Assembly: GCA_963812915.1 (NCBI GenBank)
Contig: CAWEXB010000001.1
Location: 156,244 to 220,243 of the forward strand
Direction: 5' to 3'
Source: an uncultured Thermoleophilaceae bacterium
Lineage (GTDB): Bacteria; Actinomycetota; Thermoleophilia; Solirubrobacterales; Thermoleophilaceae
DNA: 64,000 bases
The notes beneath the pieces are model-generated. The model searched no databases. It was given only the letters and a program-made list of their open reading frames with translations, and was not told the origin of the DNA. The translations under genes and the position numbers were made by a program. Positions 58,145 through 64,000 of this stretch are shown piece by piece. Within the stretch, counting starts at the first letter, position 1, and each line of letters opens with the position of its first letter.

Positions 58145-58185
58145 GCGGGCGGCATCGTAGCTCCGCCCCTGCTTGAATCGGCTGG

Positions 58186-59076
58186 ATGCCGGAACCGAGG
58201 CCCGCGGCCCTCTCCACGCAGGAGAACGCGCTCGAGGAGCGGGCGCTCGTGCCCGCCGACGACCTCAAGCAGCACCTCGCCGGCGTCGAGCCCGAGCGCC
58301 GGCTGACCGACTGGGGGCGCTCCGAGCGGATCGAGGGGCTCCTCGACCGCACCGCGGCGGACTTCTTCTACCGCTACTGGTTCCGGGCCGAGGTCGAGGG
58401 GATCGCGAACGTCCCCGCCACTGGGGGCGCGCTTCTCGTCGCGAACCACGCCGGCGCCCTGCCCCCGGACGCCGCGATGATCGCGAAGGCGATCCGCGAG
58501 GAGCACCCGCATCCGCGTCCGCTCAACATCACGGTCGAGCACTTCTTCAAGGGCTATCCGGGCTTCTCGATGCTGATCCCGAAGATCGGCTGCGTGCCCG
58601 CGCATCCGGCGAACGTGCAGCGGCTGCTGTACGACGAGGAGCAGCTGGTGCTCGTCTTCCCGGAGGGGCGCAAGGGCACCGAGAAGGTCTACAAGGACCG
58701 CTATCGCCTGCGGCGCTTCGGGCGCGGCGGCTTCGTCGAGGCGGCCATGCGCGCCCGCGCCCCGATCGTTCCGGTCTGCGTGGTCGGGGCGGAGGAGGCG
58801 GCCCCGGTCTTTGCACAGGTCGGGCTGCTGAAGCGGCTGACCGGACTCCTCTACTTTCCGATCACGCCAACGTTCCCGCACCTCGGGCTCCTCGGAATGC
58901 TCGCCTACCTGCCCGCCAAGTTCAAGATCCGCTTTCTCGACCCGGTCTCGTTCGACGAGGAGGGAATGAACGAGGACAAGGCTCTCGTGCAGACCGTGGC
59001 CCACGACATCCGCGCGCGGATCCAGGAGGGCCTGTGGGACATGCTCGCCAAGCGCAGATCGGTCTGGTTTGGTTAG
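58186..59076 (+). CDS. Lysophospholipid/glycerol-3-phosphate acyltransferase family (PlsC-like)
   Basis: 296 aa: LLVANHAGALPPDA, VLVFPEGRKGT and PIVPVCVVGAEE blocks. Confidence 0.8.
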   Translation: MPEPRPAALSTQENALEERALVPADDLKQHLAGVEPERRLTDWGRSERIEGLLDRTAADFFYRYWFRAEVEGIANVPATGGALLVANHAGALPPDAAMIAKAIREEHPHPRPLNITVEHFFKGYPGFSMLIPKIGCVPAHPANVQRLLYDEEQLVLVFPEGRKGTEKVYKDRYRLRRFGRGGFVEAAMRARAPIVPVCVVGAEEAAPVFAQVGLLKRLTGLLYFPITPTFPHLGLLGMLAYLPAKFKIRFLDPVSFDEEGMNEDKALVQTVAHDIRARIQEGLWDMLAKRRSVWFG

Positions 59077-59083
59077 GGCGCCC

Positions 59084-60832
59084 ATGCACTCGAAGCGCGT
59101 ACTCGTCACCGGGCTCTCCACCTACTGGGGCGGCCGACTCGCGCAGGCGCTCGAGGCGTTCCCCGAGGTCGAGGCCATCATCGGCGTGGCCGCCGACGAG
59201 CCACAGGTCGAGCTGGAGCGGACCGAGTACGTGAAGGTCGGCGCCCAGCACTCGCTTCTGCGGCGGGTGGTGGAGGCGGCCGAGATCGACACGGTGGTCG
59301 ACACCAGGCTCGTGGTCGACTCGGCCACGACCTCCCTCGCCAAGGCCCACGAGAACAACGTCATCGGGACGATGAACATCCTCGCCGCGTGCAGCGGGGC
59401 GGACTCGCCGGTGCGCAAGGTGGTGTTCAAGTCGTCCACCCACTTCTACGGCTGCGAGCAGGACGACCCGGCCTTCTTCGACGAGACGATGGACCGCCCG
59501 CACCCGCCCCGCACTCCGATCGAGCGCGACATCGTGGAGGCCGAGGCATCGCTGAGCGAGTTCGCGGAACGCAACCGGGAGGTGTCGGTGACGATCCTCC
59601 GCTTCGCGAACGTGCTCGGACCCGACGTCCGCACCTCGCACATCGACCTGCTCTCGCTTCCGGTGCTGCCCATGATCCTCGGCTTCGATCCGCGCTACCA
59701 GTTCGCGCACGAGGACGACGTCGTGCACGCGCTCGAGCACGCCGTGAAGCACGACGTCCCCGGCGTGTTCAACGTGGCCGCCGATGGCGTGCTCGCCCTG
59801 AGCGAGGTCGCAGGGCTGTTGCGCAAGCCCTACGTTCCGCTCCTCCCGCCCTGGGGGACCGGCCTGGCCACCGCGGCACTGCGCCGCATCGGGCCGAACA
59901 TCCCGCCGGAGATGCTCGCCCAGCTGCGCTTCGGCCGCGGGGTGGACAACCGCCGCTACAAGGCCGCCGGCTTCCACTACCAGTACACGAGCCGCGAGAC
60001 GGTCCTGGCGCTCGCGGAGCACCTACGTCTGGAGCCAATCGTGCGCGGCGCCCGAGAGCCGTACCGCTACGAGCGCGAGGTGGAGGAGTTCCTGCGCTGG
60101 AGCCCGCACGTGCGGCACGCGCGCGATCGGCGAATCGGCCTCACCCGCGAGCAGCTCGCCGAGCTGCGACGGCTGCTCGCGGGCTACGCCGAGACGGCGG
60201 GCAGCGAGGGCGATGGCGCGGCCGAGCACGACCGTCTCGCCGCCGCGGAGGAACGAGCGCTGGCGGCCGAGCGGGCGGCAGCAGAGGCCATGGAAAGGGT
60301 GGCGCGGGCCGAGCAGCGCGCGAGCGAGGCCGCGGAGCGGGCCGCCCGGGTCGAGGAGACCGCCGAGGCGCGGGCCCAGCGGGCGACCGAACGCGCCAAG
60401 AAGGCCGAGCGGCGCGCCGCGGAGGCGGCGCTCAAGGCGACCGAACGGGCGAAGAAGGCCGAGCGCCGCGCGCGCCAGGCGGCGGACGAGGCGGTTGAGC
60501 GCGTGTCCCGCGCCGAGCGCCGCGTCGAGGCGGCGGCTGAGCGGCCCGAGCCGCAGCCGGAGGCGGAGCCCGAGGCGCAGGCGGCGGCGCGGCCTGAGCC
60601 GCGGCAAGCGGCGGGGCGCGAGCCGCAGCCCGCGCAGCCCGATCCACGCCCCCTCGCGGCCTCGCTCGGTCACTACGACGACCTCCCCGCCGAGGAGATC
60701 ATCGCGCTGCTCGCCTCGCTCGAGCCCGCCGACCTGAAGCTGCTGCTCGACCACGAGCGTCGTCACGCGGGCCGGGAGCGCGTGACCCAGGCGATCGAGT
60801 CCCAGCTGGCGCGCCGCGGAACGCGCGTCTAG
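59084..60832 (+). CDS. NAD-dependent epimerase/dehydratase-family protein with a long coiled-coil/low-complexity C-terminal extension
   Basis: An SDR Rossmann N-terminus (VLVTGLSTYWGGRLA), then about 330 aa of epimerase-like fold. This is followed by a repetitive (E/A/R/K) coiled coil (ATERAKKAERRA x2), a Pro/Glu-rich linker, and a terminal helical module DDLPAEEIIALLASLEPADLKLLLDHERRH. Confidence 0.8.
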   Translation: MHSKRVLVTGLSTYWGGRLAQALEAFPEVEAIIGVAADEPQVELERTEYVKVGAQHSLLRRVVEAAEIDTVVDTRLVVDSATTSLAKAHENNVIGTMNILAACSGADSPVRKVVFKSSTHFYGCEQDDPAFFDETMDRPHPPRTPIERDIVEAEASLSEFAERNREVSVTILRFANVLGPDVRTSHIDLLSLPVLPMILGFDPRYQFAHEDDVVHALEHAVKHDVPGVFNVAADGVLALSEVAGLLRKPYVPLLPPWGTGLATAALRRIGPNIPPEMLAQLRFGRGVDNRRYKAAGFHYQYTSRETVLALAEHLRLEPIVRGAREPYRYEREVEEFLRWSPHVRHARDRRIGLTREQLAELRRLLAGYAETAGSEGDGAAEHDRLAAAEERALAAERAAAEAMERVARAEQRASEAAERAARVEETAEARAQRATERAKKAERRAAEAALKATERAKKAERRARQAADEAVERVSRAERRVEAAAERPEPQPEAEPEAQAAARPEPRQAAGREPQPAQPDPRPLAASLGHYDDLPAEEIIALLASLEPADLKLLLDHERRHAGRERVTQAIESQLARRGTRV

Positions 60833-60853
60833 ACCGCCCGTCCCGGGCGTAAG

Positions 60854-60889
60854 CCCCGCAATGGGGCCCGTTGCGCCCCCGCAATGGGG
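60854..60889. promoter_or_regulatory. Two tandem copies of the palindromic 13-mer CCCCGCAATGGGG
   Basis: Copies at 60854-60866 and 60877-60889 (period 23 nt), lying between the epimerase-like stop (60832) and the L,D-transpeptidase start (60944). Confidence 0.3.
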
Positions 60890-60943
60890 ATCTCAGTACC
60901 TGTTCTTTCGCCGCACACTTCCCTAAACTGGTGTTCTCGCGGC

Positions 60944-61978
60944 ATGAGGCACCGGTCACTCACCCTGGTCGCCGTGCTCCTTGTGGCCCTCGTCGGGGGC
61001 GCGGTGGCGGCGTACGCGTACGACTCGTCGCGCGACGACGTGATCGCGGAGGGCGTGACGATCGCGGGCGTGCACGTCGGCGGCATGCGGACCGACGAAG
61101 CCCGAAGCGTCGTCATCCGGCAGCTGAAGCCGGCGCTCGAGCAGCCGATTCGCGTCACCTACAGGCGCAAGCGGTTCAACCTCTCGGCGGAGGACGCCGG
61201 CGTCCGAGCCAACGTCACGGCGATGGTCGACGAGGCCCTCGCCCAGAGCCGCGAGGGCAGCATCTTCAGCCGCGTGGCCCGCGACCTCACCGGCGGTGAG
61301 GAGAGCGCGCAGGTGCCCGCCCGGGTGAGCTACTCACCGGGGGCCGTCAACGGGCTGGTGCGGCGGGTCTCTCGTGGGGTGAATCGCCCCGCCCGCGACG
61401 CACAGCTCGACTTCCCCTCGCTCGAGAGGGTCAAGGAGCGGACCGGGATCAAGGTGGAGCACGCCGATCTCGAGCGGCGCATCGAGCAGGCGCTCACCGT
61501 GCCGGGAGTGGACCGTCGCGTGCAGGCTCCCACCAGCGTGATCCAGCCCAAGGTCACCCGGGCCGAGCTCGCGGCCAAGTACCCAACCCTGCTCGTCGTC
61601 GACCGGGGCAGCTTCCAGCTCAGCTGGTACGAGAACCTGGAGCTGCAGCGGGCGTACACGGTGGCGATCGGCGCCGTGGGCTTCGATACGCCGGAGGGGA
61701 TGTACGAGATCCAGAACAAGGCCGTGAACCCGGCGTGGAGCGTCCCCGACAGCGACTGGGCGGGCTCCCTGGCCGGCACCGTGGTTCCGGGCGGCGTGCC
61801 CGAGAACCCGCTCAAGGCCCGTTGGCTGGGCATCTACGACGGCGCCGGCATCCACGGCACCGATCAGACCTACTCGCTCGGCACCGCCGCCTCGCATGGC
61901 TGCGTCAGGATGGCGATCCCGGACGTGATCGAGCTCTACGACCAGGTTCCGGTCGGGGCGCCGATCTACATCGCCTGA
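60944..61978 (+). CDS. L,D-transpeptidase (YkuD domain) with an N-terminal anchor and middle domains
   Basis: TM/signal MRHRSLTLVAVLLVALVGG. The C-terminal YkuD domain has ..GIHGTDQTYSLGTAASHGCVRM (catalytic His/Cys motif). Confidence 0.85.
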   Translation: MRHRSLTLVAVLLVALVGGAVAAYAYDSSRDDVIAEGVTIAGVHVGGMRTDEARSVVIRQLKPALEQPIRVTYRRKRFNLSAEDAGVRANVTAMVDEALAQSREGSIFSRVARDLTGGEESAQVPARVSYSPGAVNGLVRRVSRGVNRPARDAQLDFPSLERVKERTGIKVEHADLERRIEQALTVPGVDRRVQAPTSVIQPKVTRAELAAKYPTLLVVDRGSFQLSWYENLELQRAYTVAIGAVGFDTPEGMYEIQNKAVNPAWSVPDSDWAGSLAGTVVPGGVPENPLKARWLGIYDGAGIHGTDQTYSLGTAASHGCVRMAIPDVIELYDQVPVGAPIYIA

Positions 61979-62049
61979 CGAACTCCCCTTGACTTAGCCC
62001 GCCGGGCGCGGGAGCGTCTTCCCGGACCAGCGAGAGGGGAGGATCGAGG

Positions 62050-62406
62050 ATGGCGGAAATGGGCGTATTCATCGGTTGGGGCGACCCGATCCGGGGCCGT
62101 GAGGCAAAGGGACTCGAGGTCTTCCAGGAGTCGGTGGAGTACTGGGGGCGCCTCCAGCAGGAGGGCCAGATCGAGAGCTTCGAGGTGGTGCTCCTCTATC
62201 CGCACGGCGGCGATCTCCAGGGCTTCGCCCTATTGCGCAGCAGCGGCGAGTCGCTTGACGCGGTGAGGGCGAGCGACGAGTTCAACCGCCTCATGGCCCG
62301 CGCCGGGCTCGTGGTCGAGGGGCTCGGCGTCGTGTCGGCGGCGCTCGGGGCCAGCCTCGGCCCGCAGGTGGAGCTGTATCGGCAGGCGATCGCCGAGATC
62401 GGCTGA
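62050..62406 (+). CDS. Hypothetical 118-aa protein
   Basis: An intact ORF preceded by a GAGGGGAGGA RBS-like stretch. I recognised no family. Confidence 0.5.
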   Translation: MAEMGVFIGWGDPIRGREAKGLEVFQESVEYWGRLQQEGQIESFEVVLLYPHGGDLQGFALLRSSGESLDAVRASDEFNRLMARAGLVVEGLGVVSAALGASLGPQVELYRQAIAEIG

Positions 62407-62420
62407 CGGGCGGCGCGGGG

Positions 62421-62699
62421 CTATAGCTCCGCGCCGATCTCGGCGACCGGTATCTCCTCCCACCCGCGCTCCTCCAAGAGGGTCTGCCGTCCCGTGTGTC
62501 GAATGCAGAGCGTGCCGATGAAGACGCCCCGTTCACGCCTGCGAAGGACCGCGTACCACATCGTGGAGGCGTCGCTCGGGCCTTGGATCGGGTGCCAGGG
62601 CGCGACGGGCGCCTCGTGCTCGTCGACAAGGCCCGCGTCCGCGAGCTGAGACCGGGTCGCGACCCTTCCGTCCCGAGTGTTGACGAAGAAGACACCCAC
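62421..62699 (-). CDS. Hypothetical small protein (doubtful)
   Basis: Lies in ORF 62421..62765. Any start (ATG 62765, GTG 62699/62693) overlaps the xerC 5' end. I recognised no family. Confidence 0.3.
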   Translation of the reverse strand: MGVFFVNTRDGRVATRSQLADAGLVDEHEAPVAPWHPIQGPSDASTMWYAVLRRRERGVFIGTLCIRHTGRQTLLEERGWEEIPVAEIGAEL

Positions 62700-63582
62700 T
62701 CCTGCAGAGGCTAGATGGAAGTCGGCGCTCGTCCGCTTCGACGACTGGCAGCGCTCACGCGGCATGGCCGAGAAGACGCGGCGCGCCTACGGCGTGGATC
62801 TCGCCCAGCTCGCCGAGTGGGCCGCCGGCCGGGAGCTTCCGCCTACCGAGCTGACCCACCGGCACCTGCGGCTGTTCGCGGGCTCGGTGTCGGAGCGCGG
62901 CGCCGCCAAGTCCACCGTGGCGCGAAAGCTCGCTGCCATCCGCACCTTCTACCGGCAGCTCGTCGAGCGTGGGGAGATCGAGGCGAATCCCGCGGAACTG
63001 GTGGCCACGCCCAAGAAGGACTCGTACCTGCCGCGGGTGCTGCGGCCGGCCGAGGTTGCGGAGCTGCTCGAGCGCATCCCCGCCTCGTCGCCCCTCGATC
63101 TTCGCGATCGCGCCATGCTCGAGCTCGCGTACGCGGCGGGTCTTCGCGCCGAGGAGCTCGTGAACCTCGACGTCCACAGCCCCGACCCCGATGCGGAGGA
63201 GGTCCGGGTGGAGGGAAAGGGGAGCCGAACCCGCGTCGTGCCGGTCGGCGAGCACGCGTGGCGCGCGCTCGAGCGCTACCTGGCCCGCGGGCGACCGGCG
63301 CTCGACAGGGGCGAGCAGCAAGCGCTCTTCCTCTCCAAGACGGGCCGGCGACTGTCGACCGCCGACGTCCGGCGCCGCCTCAAGCTGCAAACGCGCCGGG
63401 CAGGGGTGTCGCCGCACACCCTGCGACACTCGTTTGCCACCCACCTGCTCGAGGGAGGGGCGGACCTGAGAGCGATCCAGGAGCTGCTCGGCCACGCCTC
63501 GATAGGCACGACCCAGACCTACACTCGGGTAGAGTCGAGGCGCCTGAAGCGCGTGTACGCACGCGCTCATCCCCGCGCATGA
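62677..63582 (+). CDS. xerC: Tyrosine recombinase XerC/XerD family
   Basis: 301 aa with a GTG start. The SAM-like N-domain has [16 protein letters not shown]. Catalytic residues are in [40 protein letters not shown] and TQTYTRV (R-H-R-Y). Confidence 0.88.
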   Translation: MLTKKTPTPAEARWKSALVRFDDWQRSRGMAEKTRRAYGVDLAQLAEWAAGRELPPTELTHRHLRLFAGSVSERGAAKSTVARKLAAIRTFYRQLVERGEIEANPAELVATPKKDSYLPRVLRPAEVAELLERIPASSPLDLRDRAMLELAYAAGLRAEELVNLDVHSPDPDAEEVRVEGKGSRTRVVPVGEHAWRALERYLARGRPALDRGEQQALFLSKTGRRLSTADVRRRLKLQTRRAGVSPHTLRHSFATHLLEGGADLRAIQELLGHASIGTTQTYTRVESRRLKRVYARAHPRA

Positions 63583-63595
63583 CGTAAAGGCCCTC

Positions 63596-64000
63596 TTGGC
63601 GACGAACCTCAAGGCGATCGAGCTCAAGGATCTCTGGCGCCGCTACAAGGACGAGGGGGACGAAAAGGCGCGTGAGCGCCTGGTGCTCGGATATGCGCCG
63701 CTCGTGAAGTACGTGGCCGGGCGGATGTCCAGCGGGCTGCCCTCCCACGTCGAGGAGGCCGACCTCATCTCCTACGGCCTCCTCGGCCTGATCTCCGCGA
63801 TCGAGCGATTCGAGCCCGAGCGCGAGATCAAGTTCGAGACCTTTGCGATCACGCGCATCAAGGGCTCGATAATCGACGAGCTGCGCTCGCTCGACTGGGT
63901 GCCGCGGTCGGTGAGGACGAAGGCGCGCGAGATCGAGAAGGCAAACGTCAAGCTGGAGCACGAACTGCACCGCGCTCCCACCGACCAGGAGATGGCGGGG
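63596..64000 (+). CDS. fliA: FliA/WhiG-type RNA polymerase sigma factor (5' part; truncated by the window end)
   Basis: From TTG 63596, in frame to the window end: [31 protein letters not shown]..., then region 2 [50 protein letters not shown]. Confidence 0.8.
   Translation, partial: MATNLKAIELKDLWRRYKDEGDEKARERLVLGYAPLVKYVAGRMSSGLPSHVEEADLISYGLLGLISAIERFEPEREIKFETFAITRIKGSIIDELRSLDWVPRSVRTKAREIEKANVKLEHELHRAPTDQEMAG

Noticed and set aside
62677-63582. The tyrosine recombinase as a marker of an integrated mobile element.
   Set aside because: It has XerC/XerD-type N- and C-domain text and sits at its conserved housekeeping position next to the WhiG/FliA-type sigma gene. No tRNA, att-like repeats, excisionase or phage genes lie nearby.

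Overview
This is a very GC-rich bacterial chromosomal segment. I found no rRNA, tRNA, CRISPR array, transposase or phage genes by eye. The backbone is the conserved Actinomycetota-type housekeeping array, in the same order as in Mycobacterium and Streptomyces: rib operon, rpmB, yloV, recG, rsmD, coaD, DUF177, rpmF, plsX, acpP, rnc, smc, ftsY, ffh, rpsP, KH, rimM, trmD, rplS, lepB, rnhB, yraN, comM, dprA, xerC, and a truncated FliA/WhiG-type sigma factor. A Thermoleophilia-like (Conexibacter/Solirubrobacter-type) origin is only a guess. Lineage-specific blocks sit inside this backbone. (1) At 0.3-11.8 kb there is a cell-envelope glycoconjugate locus with three GT-C-fold membrane glycosyltransferases, a flippase-like protein, a FAD oxidoreductase, a DMT transporter, a Tat-signal sulfatase-like enzyme and a GH6-like protein. 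(2) At 29.5-35.2 kb, between smc and ftsY, there is an opposite-strand block with a cupredoxin-like secreted protein and a tightly coupled four-gene redox operon (Fe-S/CCG protein, FAD oxidase, small acidic protein, LLM oxidoreductase). (3) At 49.2-62.7 kb, between dprA and xerC, there is a mixed block with several unknowns. The strongest anomaly is a dense run of reading-frame breaks at about 17.9-26.2 kb through roughly ten consecutive conserved genes, with scattered single breaks elsewhere. Local consensus error is the most likely cause, but genuine gene decay cannot be excluded from the sequence alone. I do not see a clear-cut novel defence or mobile system. The best candidates for undescribed biology are the redox operon with its small acidic subunit, the envelope locus, and two uncharacterised genes coupled to ilvD. 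All function calls come from motif recognition by eye, without database searches.
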